Shown one piece after another: positions 1 through 10,851 of a stretch of DNA of 64,000 bases. The translations under genes and the position numbers were made by a program. Every line of letters starts with the position of its first letter. The first letter of the stretch is position 1. Source of the DNA: an uncultured Nitrospinota bacterium (GTDB lineage: Bacteria; Tectomicrobia; Entotheonellia; J063; CAVPRW01); contig CAVPRW010000024.1 in NCBI GenBank assembly GCA_963707985.1, forward strand, positions 180,227-244,226. Reading direction: 5' to 3'. Below the pieces are notes generated by a model. That model did not search any database and had not been told where the DNA came from. It saw only the letters and a list, made by a program, of their open reading frames with translations.

Positions 1-394
1 GACGGAATGATCCATCCTCTACCAAAGGTGACTGGGGGTGGTTTGCAAGGAATGACTGATAGAGGAGGCGAGCCCGGGGATAGTCTTTCTGTTGGTAGGC
101 CCTCTCCGCATCGCTGAAGGCAGTTTGGGCCGCTCCTTGACCGGAAGTTCTTTGGGCGAGACCGGGACCGCTTCCCATTCCCCCTAGGGCAGCACAGCCT
201 GTCGCCACTCCCAAACACAGTAGGAGGCAGGTGAAAGACCCTACTCGCTGCAGCCTATACACCCCCATCGCTTCACCCCTGGTGGTTACGCGACTCGACA
301 CCCTGAGAGCATGGGGGACTCGCCGGCCTCCGCAGCCAGGATGATTGACAAGCATGGATCGCTGATGCAGATAACGACCCATGCATTGTATGAA

Positions 395-625
395 CTACTC
401 TAAGACCTCCAGGACGTGGCGTTTTTCTTTCTGTGCCCGTGTGGCGTTCAAAATGGTACGCATGGCGGTGATCGTACGGCCATTCTTACCGATCACCTTG
501 CCGATATCTTCCTTCGCAACCCGTAGTTCGATGACGATGGAATTCTCTCCTTCAACGCCGTTCACTCGCACCTGATCTGGTTTGTCCACAATCGCTTTGG
601 CAATGTTTTCGATCAGATCGATCAT
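395..625 (-). CDS. khpA: KH-domain RNA-binding protein (KhpA/YlqC family)
   Basis: MIDLIENIAKAIVDKPDQV...ELRVAKEDIGKVIGKNGRTITAMRTIL: GxxG KH loop; ATG at 625 preceded by GAGGTG RBS. Confidence 0.9.
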   Translation of the reverse strand: MIDLIENIAKAIVDKPDQVRVNGVEGENSIVIELRVAKEDIGKVIGKNGRTITAMRTILNATRAQKEKRHVLEVLE

Positions 626-1411
626 CGTCTTTGTGTCACCTCGCTCTGTTATAGCAGTTGGCTTATTGTCCTCCGCTGGAGGACCCCCAACATATCCGGG
701 GTGAAACTTATCGCACTCCACCCCGAATTGCCAGACGACCAGTCGGTATCACACGACGACTACCGAGACCCGAAACTCCCGACCTCTCCCGAGTCGATAC
801 CTTACGGGATGCATTACGCATAGGCGTCGGGATCGAAAGCAAGCGCGCGAGGACGCATAGATGAACCCTAGTGACTCTTCTCGGTGCGAGTGAAGACGTG
901 TGCGCTTGCGAAGGCCCTGAGTCAGACGCTCGTTGCCATCCGCCACCAACGAGAAATCATACTGCGGGCTGAGATCATCGCAGGGTGAGAAACGGCGGCT
1001 CTTACCGTCACATCTGTGCTGCAGAGGTGGTGCAGGGATCAAGGGGAACGAGGGATGGGAAGACTTCTGGCTGTGAAAGTTTCCTCTCCTTGACAAGTAC
1101 CGAGGGAGCCTCCAACGGTCAGCGACCTCCGAGGCGCGAATATCAACACATGGGAGGCCTAAATTCTCAGGGTCGGCTAGAAGCGTCGCCCCTTCGATCC
1201 CTGCCAGAGTCAGCTGGTGATGCACCTTCATCGGTGGAAGGTGATGACAGCCGATATGAACATGGGCGTCAAGCACGCGCATACCCGGCATCGACGTTAG
1301 CAATAGACTGGCCCGTCGCATAAGGGAGCATCCACCACAAGCCAGTCAGGCGAGGGTATTGTACTGCAGGCAATCAAGAACGTCAACTCAATGTGCCCAA
1401 TCGACCGAATT

Positions 1412-1612
1412 TCATCGCTTGACCACATTAGCCGCCTGTAAGCCTTTCGGCCCTTGCACGATATCGAATTCCACCTCCTGTCCTTCACTTAACGACCGAA
1501 AGCCCTCACCTTTAATGGCAGTGTAATGAACAAAGACATCCTCCCCATCATCGCGTTCGATAAAGCCATACCCCTTGCTGTCGCTGAACCATTTGACCCG
1601 ACCGCTTGCCAT
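1412..1612 (-). CDS. Cold-shock protein (CspA family)
   Basis: 66 aa, [13 protein letters not shown] (RNP1) and DVFVHYTAI (RNP2); GAGGAAGG RBS. Confidence 0.97.
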   Translation of the reverse strand: MASGRVKWFSDSKGYGFIERDDGEDVFVHYTAIKGEGFRSLSEGQEVEFDIVQGPKGLQAANVVKR

Positions 1613-1694
1613 CGTCCCTTCCTCCTCTTCAGCCCCAGATGCTCACACTCACCTGGGTTGTGACAATTCGACTGCGGCACGCGACAGACCTGGT

Positions 1695-1737
1695 AACAAA
1701 AAAACCGCTGGGGCCAAATACAGCACGCCCGAGCGGT
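1695..1737 (-). terminator. Intrinsic-terminator-like hairpin inside the csp 5' leader
   Basis: Minus strand ACCGCTCGGGC-loop-GCCCCAGCGGT followed by a T-tract (plus-strand A-run 1698-1704). Confidence 0.6.
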
Positions 1738-1837
1738 CGCTTGGGTACCTCGCGCCTGGTTGCGCGACCACACCTCTCCAAGTTCTCCGGTCATCTATCC
1801 TCACTGACTTGCCGCAGCCTCCTGGAAGACGGGCGCC

Positions 1838-1866
1838 ACGTTAACAGACGGCCTAAACCTTGTCAA
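1838..1866 (-). promoter_or_regulatory. Sigma70-type promoter for csp gene
   Basis: Minus strand TTGACA (1866-1861), 17-bp spacer, TG-N-TAACGT (1843-1838). Confidence 0.65.
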
Positions 1867-2127
1867 GCTTTTTTTGAAGTTTCCTAATGAACCCACCACC
1901 AGCTACGAGCCATTCTCGATCGGCATAGTGACGTCGCCGCTAACGAGGACCGCCTACCGGTGGCTCGTCCATCCTTGACATCAGCATCAACGGTAGGCTA
2001 TAAGCACGACTATGTGACGCGATGCAGGCGAGGAGCGCCTGTCGCGAGCGGTGTTGCCCTCGATCTGCGGGAGTCAAGTTGCGCTTGACTGGACATCGCC
2101 GGGGCAATCATGGAGAGGAGGCAGAAA

Positions 2128-2544
2128 ATGTTTAAGATCAGCGCGATGGATCACATTGTTTTAAATGTTCCCGATATCGAGCGGTCGATGGCGTTTTACA
2201 CGCAGGTTCTCGACCTAGAACCCGAACGGTGGGAGGAGTTTCGCCAGGGGAAGGTGCCCTTCCCTTCGGTGCGAGTGAGCCCGGAAACCGTCATCGACCT
2301 GTTCCCCATGAAGCCGGGCCAGACCCTGGCGAGTGGCGAGGGACTGCTGAATCTCAACCATTTTACGATGGTTGTGGATGTCGCAGATTTTGAGACGTTC
2401 CAGAAGCATCTCACCGCGCACGGCGTACCTATCGCCGAGGGACCAGGGCGACGTTGGGGGGCACGCGGATACGGGATGTCGGTGTACTTTTCGGATCCGG
2501 ACGGTAATCGCATTGAAGTACGGTGTTATCCTCCAGGGATGTGA
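2128..2544 (+). CDS. VOC/glyoxalase family protein
   Basis: MDHIVLNVPDIERSMAFY...NHF...SVYFSDPDGNRIEV; GGAGG RBS before ATG 2128. Confidence 0.9.
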   Translation: MFKISAMDHIVLNVPDIERSMAFYTQVLDLEPERWEEFRQGKVPFPSVRVSPETVIDLFPMKPGQTLASGEGLLNLNHFTMVVDVADFETFQKHLTAHGVPIAEGPGRRWGARGYGMSVYFSDPDGNRIEVRCYPPGM

Positions 2545-2680
2545 TCGCTCCCTCGAGCACCATGGCTCACGCTATCACGCCCGTCAGCGACAGCGCTGAT
2601 GATGTTTCATCTGTCCAGTGCAACGCGTGGGGAAATCGGGGGATGGGGGCAAGCCATGGGCGTCATCACCCAAACCTCGG

Positions 2681-2780
2681 CCCTCCCCTTGAACGAAAGC
2701 GGAGGGCAGGATGAGAGACCGTTTGTCGTCGCTGAGTGGGGAGCAACGCCTAACCCTCTCTCAGACGGCGGGGGAGAGCG
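2681..2780. repeat. Degenerate inverted pair of the CCCTCTCCC/GGGAGAGGG REP-like family
   Basis: CCCTCCCC...GGAGGGCAGGATGAGAG and CCTAACCCTCTC...GGGGGAGAG between convergent genes. Confidence 0.4.
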
Positions 2781-2812
2781 TTAGAGCGTTAGGGATCAAT
2801 GAGAGGACATGC

Positions 2813-3178
2813 CTACCGCCGTCGTTCGATCTCTACCGCCGCGAAGCTGAGCATGCCATTGAGCGGCACCTGTGGCTTCCGCACCCGAACCAGCACCACT
2901 GTGACGGGGAGCTCAGCCAGTAAGCGTCGTACCAGCGCTCCGGCCAGCGCTTCGATGAGCTGATATTGGTGATCCTCCACCTCCTCCCGCACAATGGCGT
3001 GGAGACGACTATAGTCCACAGTGTCCGCCAGGGCATCGGAGAGCATGGCCCGGCTGAGGTCAAGACCTAGCTCGACATCTATCTCAAAGCGTTGCCCGAG
3101 CTCGCGCTCGGCAGGATGCACCCCATGGTGCCCCCGAAACACCATGTTATGCAGGATGATTTTATCCTCGGACGACAT
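2813..3178 (-). CDS. folB: Dihydroneopterin aldolase
   Basis: FRGHHGVHPAERELGQRFEID...SDALADTVDY...LIEALA...RVRKP. Confidence 0.95.
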   Translation of the reverse strand: MSSEDKIILHNMVFRGHHGVHPAERELGQRFEIDVELGLDLSRAMLSDALADTVDYSRLHAIVREEVEDHQYQLIEALAGALVRRLLAELPVTVVLVRVRKPQVPLNGMLSFAAVEIERRR

Positions 3179-3242
3179 CAGTTCTCCCCGTCAGAGAGTT
3201 CAGACGTGAACGTGCAGGGCAGTGCTAAACAGGCACGTCGAT

Positions 3243-3272
3243 TTGACAGCCCACTCTTAACTACGGTATACT
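3243..3272 (+). promoter_or_regulatory. Sigma70-type promoter upstream of HDAC-family gene
   Basis: TTGACA-18bp-TATACT. Confidence 0.6.
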
Positions 3273-3329
3273 CGCGCAGAATCACCTCGCCGGAAGTTCT
3301 TTTGCCGACGCATGATAAGGGGATTCCCT

Positions 3330-4272
3330 GTGCGCCCGATCAGCTTTATTTCCCATCCTGAATATTTGCGACACGAGACCGGCCGACGTCACCCCGAGGA
3401 ACCGGCCCGACTCACCGCCATCATGCGTCATCTCGAGGTGACTGGCATGCTGGGGCAACTCATCCAGGCCGAACCTACCGAACCATCACTGGATTGGCTC
3501 GCGCTGGCGCACACCCCGGACTACGTTCGCACCATCGCAGACGCTTGCACACGTGGGGTCAGAGCCCTCGACCCGGACACGTATATCAGCTCCTGACTCG
3601 TATCGTGCCGCCTTGCTGGCCGTTGGAGGGGCCTTGTTGGCAGTCGACCACGTCATGACAGGCACGGCCGCCAATGCTTTTGTGGCATTACGGCCACCAG
3701 GGCATCACGCCGAGCGGGACCGCGCTATGGGGTTCTGTCTGTTCAACAATGTCGCGATTGCCGCGCGTTACGCCCAAAAACGCTATGGTTTGAAGCGTAT
3801 TTTGATCGTCGATTGGGATGTGCACCATGGCAATGGCACGCAACACGCCTTCGAGGACGATCCCAGTGTGTTGTTTTTCAGCACGCACCAATTCCCCTTC
3901 TACCCCGGCACCGGTCGAACGTCCGAACGCGGCACAGGGGCTGGGCTGGGCTATACGGTGAATATTCCCCTGGCGGCCGGGTGCGGCGATCGCGAATATC
4001 AGGAGGTCTTCGAGAAGGTTCTTTATCCGGCAGCACAGGCCTTTGAGCCCCATCTGGTCCTCGTCTCCGCAGGATTCGATGCGCATCGCGACGACCCCTT
4101 GGCCAGCATGAATGTGACCGAAGACGGGTACGCCCGGATGACGACGATCGTGCGTGATATCGCCGAGCGCTTCTGTGAGGGTCGACTCGTTTCCTTACTC
4201 GAGGGAGGATACAATCTCGAGGCCCTGGCACGATCTGTCGAACGACATTTACAGACTTTGGGGCAGCCCTAA
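3330..4272 (+). CDS. Histone deacetylase family amidohydrolase (one frameshift near 3590)
   Basis: [45 protein letters not shown] motifs split over ORFs 3312-3596 and 3553-4272. Confidence 0.92.
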
Positions 4273-4276
4273 CGGC

Positions 4277-5014
4277 ATGCATTCAACACTCCATCACGAG
4301 CCAACAGCCGACGTCGCCCGCTTGCGCACGATACTCAGGAAGCTTGAACGGGCCTATGGCTCACCGCACTGGACCCCCCAGTCACGATCCACTTGGGGAG
4401 CTGATTGCGACGATCCTGTCGCAGAACACCAGCGATGTCAATTCCGATCGGGCCTACGCCGCTCTGCGCACCGCTTTTCCCACCTGGGATGAGGTCGCGG
4501 ATGCCCAGCCCGATGATCTTGCCACGGTTATTCGCTCGAGGCGGACTCGCCAAGCTGAAAGGCCAGCGCATTCAGGAAATTCTGCGTACCCTCAAAGCAC
4601 GCCAAGGTGATCTGAGTCTGGATGGACTGATGGATATGCCGATGCCGGCGGCACGGGCGTTCCTGGCAGAATTTTCCGGTGTGGGACCAAAGACGATCGC
4701 CTGCGTCCTGCTCTTCGCTTGTGGACATCCAGCCTTCCCAGTCGATACGCACATTCACCGGGTAGTGACACGGCTAGGCTTGCTCCCAGCCGGATGTACG
4801 GCGGAGCGCGCGCATGCCGTGCTCGAACCTCTCATTCCACCGAGCTCAGGTGTATGCTGCGCATGTGAATCTCATTCGGCATGGGCGGACTGTGTGTCGG
4901 TCACGCCTCCCCGATTGCCAACATTGCTGCCTTCGCACATTGTGTCCGTATCCACAATCATCCACACAGACGGGTGCTGTTCGAGGCCATGCGCCACCCT
5001 CTGTCGTCCCGTGA
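4277..5014 (+). CDS. nth: Endonuclease III / HhH-GPD DNA glycosylase (several frameshifts)
   Basis: LIATILSQNTSD, GVGPKTIACVLLF, FPVDTHIHRV, C-terminal CRSRLPDCQHCCLRTLC 4Fe-4S motif across several frames. Confidence 0.85.
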
Positions 5015-5054
5015 ATGCCAGGCGTTGTAATGCCAGGAGACTTGGAGAACCAGG

Positions 5055-7154
5055 ATGAGGACGTACCGCTACTTTGAATGGGCGACAGCATCGGGTGGGC
5101 AGCTCAGCGGCGACCAACTGATGGACGCTCTCTCTGATTATCTGACCGAAGACGGCGATGTCTCACGCGCCATGCAAATGTTGATGCAGCGCGGCATGTC
5201 ATCTGGCGAGCAGAAGATGCAAGGCCTGCGCGATATGCTCGAGCAACTGCGCAAGCGCAAACAGCAGCAACTCGATAAGTACGACCTCAATTCACTCCTG
5301 AATGACATTCGAGAGCAGCTCGACCAGCTATTGCAGCAAGAACGCCAGACTATCGAAGAACAGCTGCAAGAGGCCCAGACGACTCCGGCAGATGGGGGCA
5401 CACTAGCCTCTTCGCAGGAGACGGCGACGGCGGAGCAACACCGTGAGTTCCTGGATCATCTCCCAAACAGTGTACCCCAACAGATTCAAGAGCTGCGCCA
5501 CTACGATTTTCTCAATCCACAGGCGGCGCAAGCCTTCCAGGAACTGTTTGAAGAGCTTCAGCAGCGTGCCAGGCAATCACAGCTGAACGGGACCCAGGCG
5601 CCGTCTGAGAGCTCTGGCGCTGACACAGCGCAGAGCCAAAGTGACATGTATCGCGATCTCAATCAGCAGCTGCAGGACAAATTACAAGGGCGTCAGACGG
5701 ATTTTCAACAGTTTAAAGACCAGCATCCGCAATTCCCCTCAGCCCAAGACGACACCCTTGAGGAGTTGATCCAGCAGCTCCAACAACAATTACAGCAATG
5801 GCGTTCCCTCCTGGAAAGTCTCTCGGAGTCGGTGCGGCGTGATTTGGAGCAGCTCATGGACACCAACCTCGATGCTGAGCTGCAGGCACAACGCACCGAG
5901 CTGCAACAATTACTCGATCAATTGGCAGAAAAGAAGCTGACGCCACAGCGCTATCGCTTCAAGGGACGCGAGGAAATCTCCATCGAGCAGGCGCAAGAGC
6001 TGATGGAGCAATTGCAACAGCTCGAAGCGCTCGAAAAACAACTGGAAGGTGTGCGCTGGGACGGTGATCCACAACAGGTGGACACTGAGAATCTTCGTGA
6101 TCTGCTGGGTGACGAGGCTTTTCAATCCGTCCAGAACATGAAGGATATTGCCAAAGAACTGGAAGCAGCCGGGTACATCATGAAAACGAAAGACGGCCTC
6201 CAGTTGACGCCCCTCGCCATGCGGAAGATTGGCCAGAAGGCGTTGCGTGATATCTTCTCCTTCATCAAGCGGGATCGCTTTGGGGAGCATGATACGCGCC
6301 AGCGCGGTGGCGCCGGCATCCCTACCGAGGATAGTAAGACCTACGAATTCGGCGATCCGTTCCTCCTAGATTTGAGCGCCACCGTGTTCAATGCGGTGAG
6401 TCGCGAAGGTACGGGCACACCGGTCTCCTTGCACATCGACGACTTCGTGGTGCGGCGACAAGAGTTTCTGTCGCACACGTCGACGGTCATTCTCATCGAT
6501 ATGAGTGGCTCAATGGCGTGGAATAACTGCTTCTACGCCGCCAAGAAGGTCGCTTTGGCCCTCGACAACCTAGTCCGGAGCACCTTCCCACGCGATACGT
6601 TACAGATCGTCGGTTTTTACACGGCAGCGGAGGAGATGAAGCCGGCTGATCTCCCCTATGTCAAACCGAAGTCGTTTGGTTACAATGCTTCTCTCTACAG
6701 CGATTACTATGATATGCTCATGGGTTATATTGACGTGCAGCTTGATTATCGGGATGTTGTGCGTGGCCGTACCAACGTCCCACAAGGCTTTACAAATATG
6801 CAGCAGGGGTTGCGCATGGCCGAGCAGATGCTCTCCAAACGGCAGAGCCCGAACAAACAGATTATTTTGATCACCGACGGTCAGCCAACGGCCCACTGTG
6901 AAGGTGATCGGCTGTACTTGCAGTATCCCCCTAGCCAGCGGACGATTACAGCGACGCTGCAAGAGGTTAAACGCTGTACAGTCAAGGGTATCGCGATCAA
7001 TACCTTTATGCTGGCGAAGAGCTACTATCTGGAGCGTTTCGTGGACCAGATGACCAAGATCAATCGTGGCCGTGCGTTCTATACGACCCCAGAGCAGCTC
7101 GGAGAGTACCTTGTGGTCGATTATCTCGCGAAGAAACGGCGCAGGATTGCCTGA
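5055..7154 (+). CDS. VWA domain protein with long coiled-coil N-terminus
   Basis: MIDAS motif DMSGSM, TN..GL, IILITDGQPT; Q/E/L-rich helical N-terminal half. Confidence 0.88.
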   Translation: MRTYRYFEWATASGGQLSGDQLMDALSDYLTEDGDVSRAMQMLMQRGMSSGEQKMQGLRDMLEQLRKRKQQQLDKYDLNSLLNDIREQLDQLLQQERQTIEEQLQEAQTTPADGGTLASSQETATAEQHREFLDHLPNSVPQQIQELRHYDFLNPQAAQAFQELFEELQQRARQSQLNGTQAPSESSGADTAQSQSDMYRDLNQQLQDKLQGRQTDFQQFKDQHPQFPSAQDDTLEELIQQLQQQLQQWRSLLESLSESVRRDLEQLMDTNLDAELQAQRTELQQLLDQLAEKKLTPQRYRFKGREEISIEQAQELMEQLQQLEALEKQLEGVRWDGDPQQVDTENLRDLLGDEAFQSVQNMKDIAKELEAAGYIMKTKDGLQLTPLAMRKIGQKALRDIFSFIKRDRFGEHDTRQRGGAGIPTEDSKTYEFGDPFLLDLSATVFNAVSREGTGTPVSLHIDDFVVRRQEFLSHTSTVILIDMSGSMAWNNCFYAAKKVALALDNLVRSTFPRDTLQIVGFYTAAEEMKPADLPYVKPKSFGYNASLYSDYYDMLMGYIDVQLDYRDVVRGRTNVPQGFTNMQQGLRMAEQMLSKRQSPNKQIILITDGQPTAHCEGDRLYLQYPPSQRTITATLQEVKRCTVKGIAINTFMLAKSYYLERFVDQMTKINRGRAFYTTPEQLGEYLVVDYLAKKRRRIA

Positions 7155-7221
7155 GCGCATGAACCCAGCAGGCAAGCGCGCTCTTGATTTGGGGGCTTCG
7201 GAGTGAGGGAGGTCTATAGCG

Positions 7222-8991
7222 ATGGCTACGCCAGTCGAGCAATGGGTGAATGATACCGCCAAGATGACGCGCCCGCAGAAAGTGGTCTGGTGCGATGGAT
7301 CGGAGGCTGAGTATGAGGGCCTAATCGAGGGCATGCTCGAGGATGGCACCCTGATTCGCCTCAATCAGGAGGCCTATCCTGGATGCTACTTGCATCGCAG
7401 TCATCCCAGTGACGTCGCCCGCACTGAACATCTCACCTTTATCTGTAGTTCGGAGCGTGACGACGCCGGACCGACCAACAACTGGATGCCACCCACAGAA
7501 GCCCGCGACAAAGTCGGGAAGCTGTTCGACGGCAGCATGCAGGGCCGCACGATGTATGTCGTGCCCTACATCATGGGACCCGTCGAATCCCCCTATAGCA
7601 AGGTGGGTGTGGAAATTACCGATAGTCCCTACGTCGCGGCCAGCATGCGCATCATGACCCGGATGGGCAAAGTCGCTCTCGACCGTCTGGGCGCTTCTGA
7701 TGATTTTGTGCCCGGTCTGCACTCGGTCGGCGACCTCAGCCCCGATCGGCGGTTTATTCTACATTTTCCCGAAGAACGCCTGATCTGGAGCATTGGCTCG
7801 GGGTATGGTGGCAATGCGCTGCTCGGGAAAAAATGTTTTGCCCTCAGGATCGCCAGCATCATGGGCCGAGATCAGGGTTGGTTAGCCGAGCATATGCTGA
7901 TCTTGGGCCTCGAGGATCCCAGTGGCGAAGTGACCTACATGGCTGCGGCGTTTCCGAGTGCATGCGGCAAGACCAACCTCGCGATGCTAGTGTCCCCGCT
8001 GGAACACCTGGGCTATAAGGTGTGGACGGTCGGAGAAGACATCACCTGGATGCAACAGGGGCCTGACGGCCGATTGTGGGCGATCAATCCCGAGGCTGGC
8101 TTCTTCGGCGTCGCCCCCGGTACGAGCATGAAAACAAACCCGAATATCATGGGCGCCATTCGGCAGAATTCGATCTTCACGAATGTGGCAGTTACTCCGC
8201 ATGGCGAACCCTGGTGGGAGGGGATGGATGGTCCCGTGCCACTGCAGCTCACAGACTGGCGTGGCGCCCCCTGGACCCCGGGTCAGGAGAAGGCCGCACA
8301 TCCGAATTCACGTTTCACCACGCCGGCCCATCAGTGCCCGAGTATCTCTTCACACTGGGAAAATTCCCAAGGTGTCCCCATCTCGGCCATCATTTTCGGT
8401 GGCCGCCGTGCGCGGGTCGCGCCCCTGGTGTATCAATCCTTTAACTGGCAACATGGGGTGTTCATGGGTGCCTCGATGGCCTCTGAAACCACTGCCGCAG
8501 CGACCGGAGCCGTCGGTGTGGTGCGTCACGATCCGATGGCAATGCTGCCGTTCTGCGGGTACAATATGGCGGACTACTTCAGCCATTGGTTGAAGGTGGG
8601 GCAAAGTACCGCGCAGCCGCCAAAGATTTTTCAAGTCAACTGGTTCCGCACCGATGCCCAGGGCAAGTTCCTCTGGCCCGGATTTGGACAAAACGTCCGG
8701 GTGCTGAAATGGATACTGGAGCGGGTACGCGGCGGTGGGAAGGCTGTTGAAACCCCGATCGGTTGGGTGCCGACCCCAGATGGTATCGAGAGCGAGGGAC
8801 TCGATCTGCCAAGCAGCACGCTCGAAGAATTACTGCACATTGACCGCCCCGATTGGGAGCAGGAAGTTGCCTCGCAACGGCAGTTCTTCTCGCAATTTGG
8901 CTCTCGCCTGCCACGCGAGATTCAGGCGGAGCACGAGGCTCTGGAGCAGCGCCTCCACCGGGTCACCGTACCGGCAGGGGGAAAAGCCTAG
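7222..8991 (+). CDS. pckG: Phosphoenolpyruvate carboxykinase (GTP)
   Basis: [58 protein letters not shown]. Confidence 0.97.
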   Translation: MATPVEQWVNDTAKMTRPQKVVWCDGSEAEYEGLIEGMLEDGTLIRLNQEAYPGCYLHRSHPSDVARTEHLTFICSSERDDAGPTNNWMPPTEARDKVGKLFDGSMQGRTMYVVPYIMGPVESPYSKVGVEITDSPYVAASMRIMTRMGKVALDRLGASDDFVPGLHSVGDLSPDRRFILHFPEERLIWSIGSGYGGNALLGKKCFALRIASIMGRDQGWLAEHMLILGLEDPSGEVTYMAAAFPSACGKTNLAMLVSPLEHLGYKVWTVGEDITWMQQGPDGRLWAINPEAGFFGVAPGTSMKTNPNIMGAIRQNSIFTNVAVTPHGEPWWEGMDGPVPLQLTDWRGAPWTPGQEKAAHPNSRFTTPAHQCPSISSHWENSQGVPISAIIFGGRRARVAPLVYQSFNWQHGVFMGASMASETTAAATGAVGVVRHDPMAMLPFCGYNMADYFSHWLKVGQSTAQPPKIFQVNWFRTDAQGKFLWPGFGQNVRVLKWILERVRGGGKAVETPIGWVPTPDGIESEGLDLPSSTLEELLHIDRPDWEQEVASQRQFFSQFGSRLPREIQAEHEALEQRLHRVTVPAGGKA

Positions 8992-9018
8992 GGTGCACGG
9001 GATTGATCACCGCCCTCC

Positions 9019-9068
9019 TTCACCACCTGCCTCCTTCCTCGTCAGCGGGGAGGACGCAGGTGGGTGAC
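9019..9068. terminator. GC-rich hairpin between convergent genes
   Basis: TCACCACCTGCCTCC...GGAGGACGCAGGTGGGTGA imperfect inverted repeat. Confidence 0.5.
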
Positions 9069-9087
9069 CTGCGGGCCGGCCTTCCTG

Positions 9088-10667
9088 TTAACGCACACGA
9101 ATCAAGACGAACCTCGACGGTGGTAGTCCTTGGTAGACGACCTCCCATTCTGGTTCCAATCGTAATACTCGCACACCATCTCCCGGCACATACGCCAAAT
9201 ATTCGCCCACGCTGTGTCGACGACGCCTGATCATCTCTCGATTGGCAAGGATATAGTCGATTTCAGCCTGTTTGAGCCAGGTAACAAATTCTGCTGTCGA
9301 TAGTCCAGGAGGGATGAGGGGAAACGTCACATTGTGCCGGAAGATCCAGGTCCCCGTGAACTCGTGGCTTGGCCCAAAGAGCAGCCGCTTGCCATCAAAC
9401 ACTGGCGTGTCCAGCAGGCGATACATCTCAGCGGTTGCCTGATCCTCGAAGTCGACGGTCAGGGGGGCCTGGAAATCCCGCCAGCCTACTTGCACCAGCC
9501 AGACCACGCCGAGCGCCACGAGAAGTCCACCCATGGCCAGCCTGGTCAGGTATGTCCGCCCTCGGGGCTGGCCACCACCGGCCTGTGAGTCGGACAGCAT
9601 AAAAGACGAGGAAATCGGCCAACGTCAAAAAGATGACGGGGAAGATGGGAAAGAGAAAACGAATGCCACGCTGGACGACGGCGCTCCAGGAGAAAGCGAG
9701 GTAAAAGATCAACACCAATGAACTGGCGACCGTGACCATCGGTTGCTTGGCAGGGGGAACCAGAAAGTCGGTGAACCACCGTTTGGGTATGAAGACGAAG
9801 ATGGCGAGGAAGGGCCAGACCCATTCGACCCCTCGCACGCGCACGAGCCCTCTGAGAAACCGGTGCAGAACATCGGCAAGGCTGTGCGTCATGAGATAGG
9901 AAAACATCGTCGGGAGGCCCTTTTCGAACATGATCATCTGCTCTTCTGTATAGTCCAGCCAGATGACATGAGCCGTATTATAGTTAAAGATCGGTGAACC
10001 ATAGACCTGCCAGTTATAGGCCAGTAGCGGTGAAGAAACGATTACAAACGCCAGAGGAAAGAGCCAAAATCGCGGAGTGAAAACGAGCTTTGGGGCACTT
10101 CTGAACACCATCAGCCCATAGGCTAGCAGCAAGAGCAGACCGGAGCCTTTGGTCAGATAGGCCAATCCCGCAAAGCCTCCAGCGCAGGCCCAGACCCTTG
10201 GCTGCTCGAAACCTCGGACCAAGCAATAGAAGGTCAGCACAATGAGCAGCAGCAACAAGGGCTCGGCCGTAAATTCGGCGCTTTTATTCGACAGTCCTGG
10301 GGCAATGGCGACGAGAGCCAGAAAGGTGGCGGCTGGTCCGACCAGGCGCGATCCGACCCAGGCAATCACCCAGAATGCCACGGCTCCGATGGCAACATTG
10401 ACCAGCTTGGCCTTGGCGAAGTAGATTAGATTCTTTTTCAGCAAAAGGGGCCACCAGGGCCGGCAGGAGAGGATGGTGGTAACCATCGCTCAGGGCTTTA
10501 AAGTGACGGATCTGGAGGCCAAGGGTGAGGTCGAGATCTTGATCCCCTCGGTTAAGATTATTCCAGGCCTTGGAGTGGTCATACGTGATGGTAAGGAAAA
10601 TGAGAAAAAGCAGACTATAGGCGACCCATGTTGGCCAAGAAGGTCTATGCACCAGCAGCGAGTGCAT
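9088..10667 (-). CDS. Polytopic glycosyltransferase (GT39/ArnT-PMT-like), two frameshifts
   Basis: Multiple hydrophobic segments; HPLLP, AEPLLL, GLAYLTKGSG motifs; pieces 10284-10667, 9428-10486, 9088-9600. Confidence 0.7.
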
Positions 10668-10851
10668 CTATTGGTTCTCCCGTGTGAGCCATGATGGCAG
10701 GCTATGGCGGCGACCCCCGCAGCAGAAAAAAGCCTCGGCATTGTAACGTTTCAACCTGCTGCGTGTCCAATCCCACAGGGAAGAGGTCAAATGGGTTGCG
10801 AGAGGAGGCAGACGGGACGGCTCGAGAGCTGAAGCGGGAGGGCGACACCTG

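Noticed and set aside
749..1323. ORFs 749-1321 (-) and 985-1323 (+)
   Set aside because: No RBS or family motifs and atypical composition; likely spurious
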